IMG/VR virus record: IMGVR_UViG_3300047160_015936
Span: 215-64,214 of that record
DNA: 64,000 nucleotides
Direction: 5' to 3' (one strand)
DNA from: a virus
Shown here: one piece after another, positions 1-8,745 of the stretch
How positions within the stretch are numbered: the stretch's first letter is position 1
Layout: every line of letters begins with the position of its first letter
Translations under genes and position numbers: made by a program
The notes under the pieces: generated by a model
Databases searched by the model: none
The model's input: the letters and a program-made list of their open reading frames with translations, nothing else
What the model was told of the DNA's origin: nothing

Positions 1-267
1 GCCGGATGGGGCGGGGGCGGACCGGAAGAAAGTCGTGTGATTCGTTACGCGCCGCTTGAGGACGATCCGGTAGAGGTTGTCAAGGAACGGCTAGGCATAT
101 CGTCTCTTTGGTGGTTCGGGTTCGATTGTGCGCATAGTGGTGATTTGTGTCCGCGCATGACGAGAGTATATCAACAAACTGGGGTGTATCGTACGTTTGC
201 CTATGTCGTTGACGAAGTGACGATACTGGCGAAGCAGGTGAAGAACAATGCCAAAATGTCAACATAA
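1..267 (+). CDS. C-terminal part of a conserved phage hypothetical protein (WWFGFDCAH family); 5'-truncated by window edge
   Basis: Frame open from nt 1; motif WWFGFDCAHSGD...YRTFAYV..E...LA.Q; N-terminal half apparently at 63527-64000. Confidence 0.75.
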   Translation, partial: AGWGGGGPEESRVIRYAPLEDDPVEVVKERLGISSLWWFGFDCAHSGDLCPRMTRVYQQTGVYRTFAYVVDEVTILAKQVKNNAKMST

Positions 268-460
268 TCACGTTGAGAGATTAGATGATAGCCGCTTCGC
301 TACGGAATCATTTTTGTGCCCCACTTGCCAAATGTCGTGGTTTGCTTGGAATTATTGTCTTGATTGTTTTGTGTCGATATGTTTTTATTGTGAGACTCCT
401 CAACCGCATTTGTTCGCAGAGCATAACTTGTTACGCGTGAAAAGACGTTTAGGGGTGTGA
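248..460 (+). CDS. Small Cys-rich Zn-finger protein ending in RLGV
   Basis: CxH..CPxC..CxxCx4CxxC; C-terminus RVKRRLGV. Confidence 0.7.
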   Translation: MPKCQHNHVERLDDSRFATESFLCPTCQMSWFAWNYCLDCFVSICFYCETPQPHLFAEHNLLRVKRRLGV

Positions 461-464
461 GAGT

Positions 465-1004
465 ATGACTCAATGTCTCCGGCATAGTTACTCGAACGGA
501 ATCTGCGTCACTTGTGGCGAGCGACGCCAATACAAGACTCACACCGAGTCTTGTCAGACGTGGCGGGAGAACGTAAGACGCGACGCCTTGGCGAAGATCG
601 GCGAATTCTGCGTCATGTGCGAGCATGACGTGAGCGAGAATTTGTTGATTGTGAACGTTGACGGAACGCCGTTGCGGCTGTCGGACGGAAAGAAGTATCA
701 GTTATACGGTTGGCTACGTGCGGGCAAGGTCTCACGAGACGATTACACGCTGGTGTGCCGGAACTGTCAGAGACTCTGGGAGAGACAGGAGACACGTGAT
801 CTTGCGACGCTGGAGACACGAGCGATTGAGCGTTATATGAGTGTCTCGCCGGACGAGGCGGAGACGCTGAGGCTCGTGAACACCGACGGGAGCGAGTTAT
901 CGTTGTCTCATGTGCTTTTGCGGACGTTGATCGTACGCGCGATGGAGGAGAGACAAAAGAGACGTTACGGAGTAACGGAAAAGGAGAATACTCATGGGGT
1001 GTGA
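465..1004 (+). CDS. Degenerate HNH-like Zn-binding protein
   Basis: CVMC...LLIVNVDG...YQLYGWL...YTLVCRNC parallels HNH ORFs at 40389 and 48596 but lacks the catalytic DH. Confidence 0.55.
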   Translation: MTQCLRHSYSNGICVTCGERRQYKTHTESCQTWRENVRRDALAKIGEFCVMCEHDVSENLLIVNVDGTPLRLSDGKKYQLYGWLRAGKVSRDDYTLVCRNCQRLWERQETRDLATLETRAIERYMSVSPDEAETLRLVNTDGSELSLSHVLLRTLIVRAMEERQKRRYGVTEKENTHGV

Positions 1005-1102
1005 TATTCATATGTATGTGGAGTATCGGCAGGAAGGCACAAAAGACTGGCGAGACTTCGGGGGGAGCCGTCGATAACTGAGACCAGCAAGGGAGTAGAA
1101 TA

Positions 1103-1300
1103 ATGCTAATGTCTCCGTTGACGCCACACGAGATCGTCTCCCGGCTCGAACGTTACGAGTTCGGGACGCTTCCGCCGGAAGACTTCATGGAATTGATGCA
1201 GACGATTATTGATAACGGTTATGTGTGGACGTTGGACGGGGAGATTCAGGCGTTGGCGCGGGCGTTGATAGGATCGGGACAGTGTAGGGCGGCGAATTAG
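1103..1300 (+). CDS. Hypothetical protein
   Basis: SD GGGAG, 65 aa, co-oriented. Confidence 0.65.
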   Translation: MLMSPLTPHEIVSRLERYEFGTLPPEDFMELMQTIIDNGYVWTLDGEIQALARALIGSGQCRAAN

Positions 1301-1315
1301 CGAAGGAGAAAGTCA

Positions 1316-1636
1316 ATGGCGAGAAATATCTCGAAACGAAAAGCGCACGAACGAAAGCAAGCGGAGGCAGTCGCGCAAGTGCTTAGCCGTTTCGGTTTGG
1401 GCGAGGAACAAGCAGTGACAGTCGTACTGACAGGTTCTTATCGTGAGTTTGCGGCTTTTCTTGCGGGGACGGTTTACTCGAATCCGTTATTGTATAAAAA
1501 TGTTTCTTGTCTCGCCGACGTTGATCGTATCCGTGGATGCAGAGTACGGGATTGGTTACGTATTGGCACGTTTGGGAACGTGCCGGAACAGCAGGAAATA
1601 ATGGATTATGTGATTGCGATGATGGGGAGAAGATGA
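1316..1636 (+). CDS. Hypothetical protein
   Basis: SD AAGGAG; ATGA overlap with next gene. Confidence 0.7.
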   Translation: MARNISKRKAHERKQAEAVAQVLSRFGLGEEQAVTVVLTGSYREFAAFLAGTVYSNPLLYKNVSCLADVDRIRGCRVRDWLRIGTFGNVPEQQEIMDYVIAMMGRR

Positions 1637-2088
1637 TGATAAACACTCGTTGGGCCGTTGAGGCCGCATTGGAGCGTTTAGGGGTAACGTCAGAGACGAC
1701 GCGTGTGTATGAGATGTACAGGTTAGAGAATACGGGTAGTGTCGTCGCGACGCGGAAGGCCAAAGAAAAAGGCTTGACGGTTGTGTTTCCCGAAGAGAAC
1801 GAGTTGTTCATTGACATTGATGACGATTCGAGTATGCGGATGTATGTGAAAAATTCTCCTCTTATATGGAGACATTTAGGGGTCGAAAAAGAGACCATCC
1901 GAGCGTCGAAGTCGCCGAAGCATGAGCATGTTGTGATGAAGTTGTCGCAGAAAGTCTCACCGTTAGAGCGGCTGGTGCTGCAAGCGTGTCTCGGGAGCGA
2001 CAGAACACGAGAACTGTTTTCATACCTGCATTACCTCGACGGCGACCCGAACCCGTTTTTGTTTTTCGAGAAGGAGGAGGAGAAGTAA
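1633..2088 (+). CDS. Hypothetical protein, possible minimal AEP/primase-like fold
   Basis: Start moved to ATG 1633; ELFIDIDD, SKSPKHEH, LQACLGSD..RE. Confidence 0.6.
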   Translation: MMINTRWAVEAALERLGVTSETTRVYEMYRLENTGSVVATRKAKEKGLTVVFPEENELFIDIDDDSSMRMYVKNSPLIWRHLGVEKETIRASKSPKHEHVVMKLSQKVSPLERLVLQACLGSDRTRELFSYLHYLDGDPNPFLFFEKEEEK

Positions 2089-2519
2089 TGGCTTGCTCTT
2101 GGCGAGACGAGATAACGACACTTCTGCGCGAGCGCGGAGCGAAGATCGTTCGCACGACTCGTCACGAGGTTTGGCGTCTACCGGACGGTCGTGCGTGGAC
2201 CGTGCCAACGACGCCGAAGAACGAAGTACACTGGAAGACGAACCTATGTGACCTTAAACGGTTTCTGGGGATCAGCAAGGCCGCGCACAGAACAGGAGCG
2301 AATAGAGAGAAGCGCGGGCAACGACGTAAGACGATTCCGGGAACGTATGCCAGAAACGTTGTAATGCCGAAGACGTTTCAGGAGAAACTCGTAGACGCTT
2401 TGGCGGAACGCGCGATAGTGAATGGTGTGAAAGAGCGTTTAGGTGTTTTGCCGCGACTGTCGGAAATCGATTGGGCATGGGACGAAGCGTATGGGTTGAC
2501 GAACGAGAGGAACGGATGA
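2088..2519 (+). CDS. HicA-like domain protein with C-terminal extension
   Basis: Start ATG 2088 after GGAGG; EITTLLRERG..VRT.RHEVWRLPDGRAWTVP. Confidence 0.55.
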   Translation: MACSWRDEITTLLRERGAKIVRTTRHEVWRLPDGRAWTVPTTPKNEVHWKTNLCDLKRFLGISKAAHRTGANREKRGQRRKTIPGTYARNVVMPKTFQEKLVDALAERAIVNGVKERLGVLPRLSEIDWAWDEAYGLTNERNG

Positions 2520-2938
2520 GGGAAGACGACAGCGAAATTTGGAGACCTGACCCTTTCTTTCGTCCCGAGCAGCAACACGTTGATATGTGGAACGAAATTG
2601 CGAGGTTGTATTATGCGGAGGAGACAAGACGGAGGCAGGAGGAGAGAAGGAGCAAACGTATGTCTCTCCAACGTTGTTGCCGGTGCACGAGAACGGATAG
2701 TCTTCACGCAAGGACGATCAACGGACAAACGTCGTTGTATTGTCCCTTGCACGATCACGAAGTCATGACGATACTTGTTCAGCACTTTCAGGGGGCGCAG
2801 AAGCTTGCGTCAACGGCGACGAAAAAGGCATTACCGGAGAAACCGATTTCGCTTGACGCCGACGAGGCCGACGTGATACGGTTACGTGGAATGGGCGTGG
2901 CGTGGGAGAGCGAGTCTCCGAAGGAGTCCAAAAAATGA
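2516..2938 (+). CDS. Hypothetical protein with CxxC/CxxH motif
   Basis: ATGA overlap; CCRC...YCPLH; ends RLRGMGV. Confidence 0.65.
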   Translation: MREDDSEIWRPDPFFRPEQQHVDMWNEIARLYYAEETRRRQEERRSKRMSLQRCCRCTRTDSLHARTINGQTSLYCPLHDHEVMTILVQHFQGAQKLASTATKKALPEKPISLDADEADVIRLRGMGVAWESESPKESKK

Positions 2939-3471
2939 ATTTAGCATTAACGACTTTGTTGTTATTTTCGCTCACAGCGGCAAAGACCGCAGAGAAGCCT
3001 CACGTCGCCGACGCTCCTCGTCTCGATGACTCTCATGTGAGGTTTCTGACTTCCGGCGAGACCGAGTGTTGTCTCAATGAACATCAGTTCGTACAAGCGT
3101 ACGTGTGGATGAGCGAAGAGACGAAAGACGCTCCGGTGACGCCGCCGCAAGTGCTCGTCATTCACGCAAACGACTTCTTTCGCGAGTTCGCCGGGAGGGT
3201 CACGAGAGACGTTCAGGGAAACCCTTACGGAGTGAAGGTCAATCGTCTGTCCGACGAAGACGATCAGGGACACGTGACGTATATTGTTTGGGTGTTCGGA
3301 GCTGGAGACGCGAGTCTTTACGTTCATGCTCTTTCAGCGGTGTGGCAGGACGCATATGCGATGACGCCGGACGAGGCACAAGCGAAGGCGGAACGGGTGT
3401 ACGAGAAGATGTTGCGAGAGTTTCCGCAAACCGCGAGTCCGACGCTGGACGTAAGACAGAAGCAAAAATAA
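2935..3471 (+). CDS. Exported hypothetical protein
   Basis: Signal-peptide-like MNLALTTLLLFSLTAA. Confidence 0.65.
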   Translation: MNLALTTLLLFSLTAAKTAEKPHVADAPRLDDSHVRFLTSGETECCLNEHQFVQAYVWMSEETKDAPVTPPQVLVIHANDFFREFAGRVTRDVQGNPYGVKVNRLSDEDDQGHVTYIVWVFGAGDASLYVHALSAVWQDAYAMTPDEAQAKAERVYEKMLREFPQTASPTLDVRQKQK

Positions 3472-3508
3472 AAGACAAGGGGAGACGCTTATGTGTCAAG
3501 GGAGACAG

Positions 3509-3682
3509 ATGTGGCAGTGTCAGGAGTGCCGGAGGGAACGCGCGTGGGGCGAGGGGAAACCGGAGACGCCGAAGAGGCTTGTGATGATCCGGTGTGAGGG
3601 GTGTGAGAGGCTGACGTCACATGAGTATCTATATTTGGACACGTATTCGAGGGAATTTTTTGACTTACTGGAGGCGGTATGA
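3509..3682 (+). CDS. Zn-ribbon protein
   Basis: CQEC...CEGC. Confidence 0.6.
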   Translation: MWQCQECRRERAWGEGKPETPKRLVMIRCEGCERLTSHEYLYLDTYSREFFDLLEAV

Positions 3683-3897
3683 GCAAGCGTTTTTCGTGGA
3701 CAAGACCTTGGCACGGGGTACAGCATCTCTTAGGTGTGCCGAAACCATATCAGGTCTCGGTGACGGATTACGGTTCTTTCGCCGATGCGATAGTTATTAA
3801 TTTGCATCACAATCCGTTTACGACAGGAAAAGAATTCGCCGCAAGAGACGCGGTGGAAGCGCGTCGATGGGCCGAGAAGCAGGCAGAGAAATTATGA
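3679..3897 (+). CDS. Hypothetical protein
   Basis: SD GGAGG, ATGA overlap. Confidence 0.65.
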   Translation: MSKRFSWTRPWHGVQHLLGVPKPYQVSVTDYGSFADAIVINLHHNPFTTGKEFAARDAVEARRWAEKQAEKL

Positions 3898-4097
3898 AAA
3901 CCTCACACGAGATCACAGAACGTATACGTTCTCTCGTTTCTGAGCAACACGGTGCGATGCCGGAAGTGGTGAGACAAGCATATCTCTCGGCGCGGCAGCA
4001 GACGTTGGCGTCATTGGAAATCGCGTTACAAATTGCGCTTCTGCGCGAGACTTTCGAAAAGTATCAGAAAATCGACAGGGGGACGATTGACATATGA
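3894..4097 (+). CDS. Hypothetical protein
   Basis: ATGA overlaps on both sides. Confidence 0.55.
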   Translation: MKTSHEITERIRSLVSEQHGAMPEVVRQAYLSARQQTLASLEIALQIALLRETFEKYQKIDRGTIDI

Positions 4098-4239
4098 GCG
4101 AGCGAAGGCTTTCCGAGCACGACCGCAGTACGTATACCGAATACTACGTCACTCACTCGACAGGTTCGTGGACGATCATCAGAGTCACAAAACCGGGTTT
4201 TGTTGAGTGGCGCGAGATGAAGACGACGAGGGTGAGGGT

Positions 4240-4740
4240 ATGACTGATAAGGAAGTAAAGAAACCGAGAAGGGTGATGCAACTCCTACATAGCGGCAGGC
4301 GTTTGCACTGGGAAGATAAAGATTGTGCTGCAGCTCCGCCTTGCACCCCCGTCGCCCTCGAAATCCTACCCTCTTCCGCACGTCCCAAGATCGTTTGTCT
4401 TTGTGGGTCAACGCGATTCTATCCACAATTTCAGCAGGCGAACTATGAGGAAACAATGGCGGGCCACATCGTGCTCTCAGTAGGATTTTACCCCCATGCC
4501 GACATAGGCGTACACCATTCTGAGAATGTCGGCTGCACGTCGGAGCAGAAAATCGCGCTCGATGAACTGCACAAGCGCAAGATTGATCTGGCTGACGAGA
4601 TTCTGGTGCTGAATGTTGGCGGGTATATCGGAGACAGCACACGGTCGGAAATTGAGCACGCCATCAAAACGGGCAAGCCGGTTCGGTATCTAGAATCGCC
4701 AGACCAAGTTTCGACTGCTGTAGGGAATCCGCGGCATTAG
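4240..4740 (+). CDS. DUF4406-like / nucleoside deoxyribosyltransferase-fold protein
   Basis: IVCLCGSTRF...HKRKIDLADEILVLNVGGYIGDSTRSEIEHA. Confidence 0.75.
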   Translation: MTDKEVKKPRRVMQLLHSGRRLHWEDKDCAAAPPCTPVALEILPSSARPKIVCLCGSTRFYPQFQQANYEETMAGHIVLSVGFYPHADIGVHHSENVGCTSEQKIALDELHKRKIDLADEILVLNVGGYIGDSTRSEIEHAIKTGKPVRYLESPDQVSTAVGNPRH

Positions 4741-5906
4741 AAACAAAACCGTAACGTCTCCGCAAAATCTTCCCTCACATGAAACTCCTCATCGGTCATC
4801 GGTGAGGAGTTTTTTGTCAAGACTCCCAAGGCTTCCAAGTCTTCGCAGATACGCCTCGTCGTTGTCGCCGGGATCGAAGTTCGCCGGGAAAGTTCGGAGA
4901 CAGTGAGAGCCTGTCCGCCAGAGAAACATTTCGTCACGAGTTCACGCGAAAACGGTACGGAGTCCCAAGCGACACGTTTCGCAAGACGCAGATCGGCGTC
5001 TTCAGGGTCACGTGAGTACAAGGACGCATAGGCAGAGACGATCAACTCAAACGTTTTGTTCAGTCGTGTCGGTTCTTCGATAGACGGGATGTCGATGATT
5101 TCGTTACGGCCACGAGAGTCGCGAGAGACGTTCGCGCGGAGAGTCGCCGTCATCTGTGCGTATCTGGCGGTGACTTCTCCGAGAGCGTCGGGAAGAGGCG
5201 CGAGTTGTTTAGAAGGACGAGACGCGAAGTCTTTTCCTAGCCGTTGCGTCGTCGCCAGAATGACAGCTTCATTGCCGCGTTGTCGTGCCGCATATCTTGC
5301 CAGTTCAATGCTTCCGTTTCTCGGCCAGCGGACGTTGACAAAACGCTCCCCGAGGTCTCGCTTGAGTCCCCAAGCACGTTCCAACGCGGGCGTACACGCG
5401 GCGATGACGGTGATTTTGCCTTCCCAAGACGGCTTGTCGGCGGTGCCGGTGTAGCGAACGAGTTTGCCGTCGTAGATTTCGCGGAGCTGTGCGATGACTT
5501 CCGCGCGGTCGTCTTCGCGTTTCGAGAGAAGCGTTGTGAGGTCTTTGAAGAGCAAGAGACCGGATTTGCCAATCTGTGAGAGGAGTCCCGGACCGGTTTT
5601 GCCTTGAAAGTGCGAGATAAACGTCCGAGGGGTGAGGTCGCTGATGACGCGGGTGTTGGGGAGTCCGGAGAGAGATTGAATCATAGTGCTCGTCTTGGCG
5701 CTTCCTGAAACACCCGTAATTGTCAGCCATACCGGATCGGCGTCGATAGCGTAGTGAGCGTGAGCAGCAGCTAACGTAATTTCGAGCGCTTCGTAGTCGA
5801 GTGCGTAATACCACTGATCGAGATGCGCGCGGAGGTAGTTCCAACGAGCTTGCGGAGAAGGTGACGGAATAGTTATCGAAGCTGCAACGGCGGCAGGATC
5901 ACTCAC
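4737..5906 (-). CDS. AAA+ P-loop ATPase (MCM-like, putative replicative helicase) with C-terminal wHTH
   Basis: Walker A GVSGSAKT, LLLFKD, LREIYDG, IAACT, LGERF; C-terminal LTVSELSRRTSIP; GTG start after GGGAG. Confidence 0.7.
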   Translation of the reverse strand: MSDPAAVAASITIPSPSPQARWNYLRAHLDQWYYALDYEALEITLAAAHAHYAIDADPVWLTITGVSGSAKTSTMIQSLSGLPNTRVISDLTPRTFISHFQGKTGPGLLSQIGKSGLLLFKDLTTLLSKREDDRAEVIAQLREIYDGKLVRYTGTADKPSWEGKITVIAACTPALERAWGLKRDLGERFVNVRWPRNGSIELARYAARQRGNEAVILATTQRLGKDFASRPSKQLAPLPDALGEVTARYAQMTATLRANVSRDSRGRNEIIDIPSIEEPTRLNKTFELIVSAYASLYSRDPEDADLRLAKRVAWDSVPFSRELVTKCFSGGQALTVSELSRRTSIPATTTRRICEDLEALGVLTKNSSPMTDEEFHVREDFAETLRFCF

Positions 5907-5992
5907 GAAGAACGCTCCCGAAGAGATATTTTTCGCGCTTGTGAGAAGGTGGGAAGATGAACGTTGGGCCGGTGAGGTTTTGGACTTTTTCG

Positions 5993-6020
5993 AGTATAAC
6001 ACAGTTGACAACGGATGCAA
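5993..6020 (-). promoter_or_regulatory. Extended -10 sigma70-type promoter for the helicase
   Basis: TGTGTTATACT with TTGCAT 16 bp upstream. Confidence 0.55.
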
Positions 6021-6033
6021 ACGAGGTTATATT
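6005..6033 (+). promoter_or_regulatory. sigma70 promoter, leaderless transcript
   Basis: TTGACA-17bp-TATATT, ATG 7 nt downstream (6040), no SD. Confidence 0.75.
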
Positions 6034-6039
6034 TTGGGA

Positions 6040-6414
6040 ATGGCAGAGATCAAAGACTTAATCGGGAAGACGGTGACGAGGATAGGAAACTCACCGGAGT
6101 ATGTGAATTTCATCACCGAAGACGGGAAGACGTTTTCGTTGTGCCACGAACAGGAGTGTTGCGAGAACGTTACGGTGGAAGACATTTGTGGAGAACTTGA
6201 CGATCTTGTCGGTTCGCCGATTGTGTCTGCGAGCGAAGAGACGAGCAAGGATGTCGATCCTGAAGGTGTGAAAGCGCCGGAGGGTTATCATGAGTCGTTT
6301 ACGTGGACATTTTATCGTCTCGCGACGAATAAAGGCACCGTTGTCATTCGTTGGTACGGTTCGTCGAACGGTTACTACAGCGAGTCGGTGAGTTTCATCG
6401 AAGTTGGTGAGTAG
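6040..6414 (+). CDS. Conserved phage hypothetical protein
   Basis: HEQECCENV.VEDI.G...TWTFY.L.T.KG.V.IRWYG.SNGYYSE. Confidence 0.8.
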   Translation: MAEIKDLIGKTVTRIGNSPEYVNFITEDGKTFSLCHEQECCENVTVEDICGELDDLVGSPIVSASEETSKDVDPEGVKAPEGYHESFTWTFYRLATNKGTVVIRWYGSSNGYYSESVSFIEVGE

Positions 6415-6675
6415 ATGTCACGCAAACACTTCACGGTCGGCAGCGAGCCGGGGCTACAGAAACGCAAAAGCGGCTACTGGCGCGACACCAATTGGCGCAA
6501 AGGAAACCGTAAGGGGTATCATTGTCCCTTGTGTCCAGAGTCGTTCGGAAAAGACGAAGACTTCAAAGCGCATTGGAAGGAACGGCATAATAACGATGTT
6601 GATCGAGCACGGGCGCATAGGAATGTTGTTTATGCACTCCGAAGTTTGCGTCTTCCGAGGAAGCCGAAATCATGA
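6415..6675 (+). CDS. Basic C2H2 Zn-finger protein
   Basis: YHCPLC..SF....DFKAHWKERH. Confidence 0.7.
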   Translation: MSRKHFTVGSEPGLQKRKSGYWRDTNWRKGNRKGYHCPLCPESFGKDEDFKAHWKERHNNDVDRARAHRNVVYALRSLRLPRKPKS

Positions 6676-6843
6676 AATGGCAAATACGTAAAATCGGTTC
6701 TTTCTGGTGGATCACCCCGCCGGGATACTCGGGACTATGTAAGTTTCACAGGTACGATAACTTCGACGACGTGTTGTGGCAGTGTACGATGATAAGTCGC
6801 GAAGTTACGAGAGTGACGAAAGCATGACCGGGAGGAACGTCTT

Positions 6844-7764
6844 ATTTTAGACTTCGACAAAATCACGGAAGCGATTCTTGCGTGTCCAGTGTCTCCGGCG
6901 GCAAAAGAAGAAGGCGCGAGGCTGGTTCAGGAATGGATTGACGCGAGGATGACAAGGGACGCGCGGGACAAGACTTTCGCCGTGGAGTTGGGTTTTCACG
7001 TGTGGTTGGACGAGCAGACACTCGTCATTGGCGTCCAAGACCGTATCGCCGAAGACAAAGACGGCTATTACGGCTGCGAGTGGAAGACCGCGAAAGAGCC
7101 GAAGAAAAACCGTAACGGCGAAGACTCGGCGTGGTGGAACGAGCGGGTGTGGGAGAACGAACTCACGAATGGACCGCAATTGGCTATCTATGCATTGGCA
7201 CAAAACCGTGGCACGTTTTTTCGTCGTGACGGAACGGCGTTTCATCTGGGTGTCTCCTCGCCGCGAATTTATGTTCGTGCAGTTGTCAAGAGTGTCCCTT
7301 GCGTCTTCTGGGGCGACAAGATGGTCAGTTTCTCCGAAGCGCAGTTAGAGAATACCGTTCAAGGGCTTTTGACAAAAGCCGAGACGATCCGTCGTCTGCG
7401 TCGTTATTCTCACGTTCCTTGGCAACTTCCCGGAAAACAATGTTTCGCGTTCAACCGTGAGTGCGGGTTGTTCGAGAAGTGGTGCGGGAAGGGGTTACAT
7501 CCGACGACGGTGACTTCGGTGAGGTTCGATCCCGGAGACCCCGCAGCGACACTGGCGTTGCCGCATCTGCCTGCTAGTGTGTGGACGCGAGAAGACTTGG
7601 TGATTCTGTCGGCAAGCAGTTATACGACCGCAAGTGACTGTCTGGAGAAGTACCGGATTATTTCGGGAGCCTTGACAGGCGGGGGAAAAGATAGTAGCTT
7701 AGAACTCGACACGGGGACGGTGTTGCACGCGGGAGTCGCCGAGGCTTATCGTCAACTCATGTGA
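6844..7764 (+). CDS. PD-(D/E)XK Cas4/AddB-like nuclease, circularly permuted
   Basis: VE..F, GVQDRI, CEWKT, QLAIY, Cys cluster; usual N-terminal LSASS..C..Y / GTVLH segment lies at the C-terminus; start ATT 6844 or GTG 6889. Confidence 0.8.
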   Translation: MLDFDKITEAILACPVSPAAKEEGARLVQEWIDARMTRDARDKTFAVELGFHVWLDEQTLVIGVQDRIAEDKDGYYGCEWKTAKEPKKNRNGEDSAWWNERVWENELTNGPQLAIYALAQNRGTFFRRDGTAFHLGVSSPRIYVRAVVKSVPCVFWGDKMVSFSEAQLENTVQGLLTKAETIRRLRRYSHVPWQLPGKQCFAFNRECGLFEKWCGKGLHPTTVTSVRFDPGDPAATLALPHLPASVWTREDLVILSASSYTTASDCLEKYRIISGALTGGGKDSSLELDTGTVLHAGVAEAYRQLM

Positions 7765-7773
7765 GGGGGACAC

Positions 7774-8280
7774 GTGGACAAAACAAAGTTTACCGAAGAG
7801 TATCAACCGTATCTGAAAGGCATCGCGTCGTTACGAATGATTGAAAGGTCTTTGGAGATGTTGGGACTGTTTGATACCGAAAAAGGCGGTGCGGCGGTGG
7901 AGCACAGTTATTATATTCTTTCACACTACGAAGACTCTCCCCGGATTGATTTTTACTTCAAAAACTACGGCGACGACCGGACGGCGGAGAAGCGTTTGAC
8001 GACGGCTTTGGAATATCTTCTTCCAAAAGTGACGAACATACGCAAAGACTTTGACGCTCAAAAAAAGATGAACATTTCCATGACGCATGGAGAAGTGGTG
8101 TTGAGACTTTTGAGTGAGGCACCGGATACGGTCAGGTTTATCGAAAACAAAATCGAAACCACGTTTCCGGGAGAAAAGGGTGTACGGCTGGAGTACGTCG
8201 TTGATGGAACAACAGGCGAGGAGTGTGAGCCACACTTGCCGACGCTGCTCGCGAAGACAAGATTAGGAGTGAAAGAATGA
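7774..8280 (+). CDS. Hypothetical protein ending KTRLGVKE
   Basis: SD GAGGGG, 168 aa. Confidence 0.7.
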   Translation: MDKTKFTEEYQPYLKGIASLRMIERSLEMLGLFDTEKGGAAVEHSYYILSHYEDSPRIDFYFKNYGDDRTAEKRLTTALEYLLPKVTNIRKDFDAQKKMNISMTHGEVVLRLLSEAPDTVRFIENKIETTFPGEKGVRLEYVVDGTTGEECEPHLPTLLAKTRLGVKE

Positions 8281-8735
8281 AAACATTTTTTATCGTCGTT
8301 GGTGTGATTGCTTTGCTTGTGACTCTCTGCGTCGTCGGTGGAGTGTTGAACGTCGCGGGATGGTTTGTCAATGACAGCAAAAATGGCGCAATTGTCGTCG
8401 CGCAGGAACAACTGAACGCGCGAGCATTGCTGCAAAAATATGAGTGGTTCAAGAACGCTTCGGCGACACTCGACGCGCGACAAGCCGATATTCACATCTA
8501 CGACGTTAAATGTGCAAAGATGGAAGCGAGAAAGAACCTTGACCGCACCGACCGTGAGCAGCTTCTCGTGTGGGAACAGGAAGTCGCGGGGATGAAAGCG
8601 TCGTACAATTCTCTCGCAGCAGAATATAATGCGCAGATGAGCAAGGTTAATTATCGTTTCACGAACATCGGCGACTTGCCACAAGGGGCTTCGACGCTTC
8701 TTCCGCGTGAGTATAAACCGTATCAGGAATTCTGA
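8277..8735 (+). CDS. Membrane-anchored coiled-coil protein
   Basis: N-terminal TM helix; YNSLAAEYNAQM. Confidence 0.75.
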   Translation: MKTFFIVVGVIALLVTLCVVGGVLNVAGWFVNDSKNGAIVVAQEQLNARALLQKYEWFKNASATLDARQADIHIYDVKCAKMEARKNLDRTDREQLLVWEQEVAGMKASYNSLAAEYNAQMSKVNYRFTNIGDLPQGASTLLPREYKPYQEF

Positions 8736-8745
8736 AGAGGAGAAA

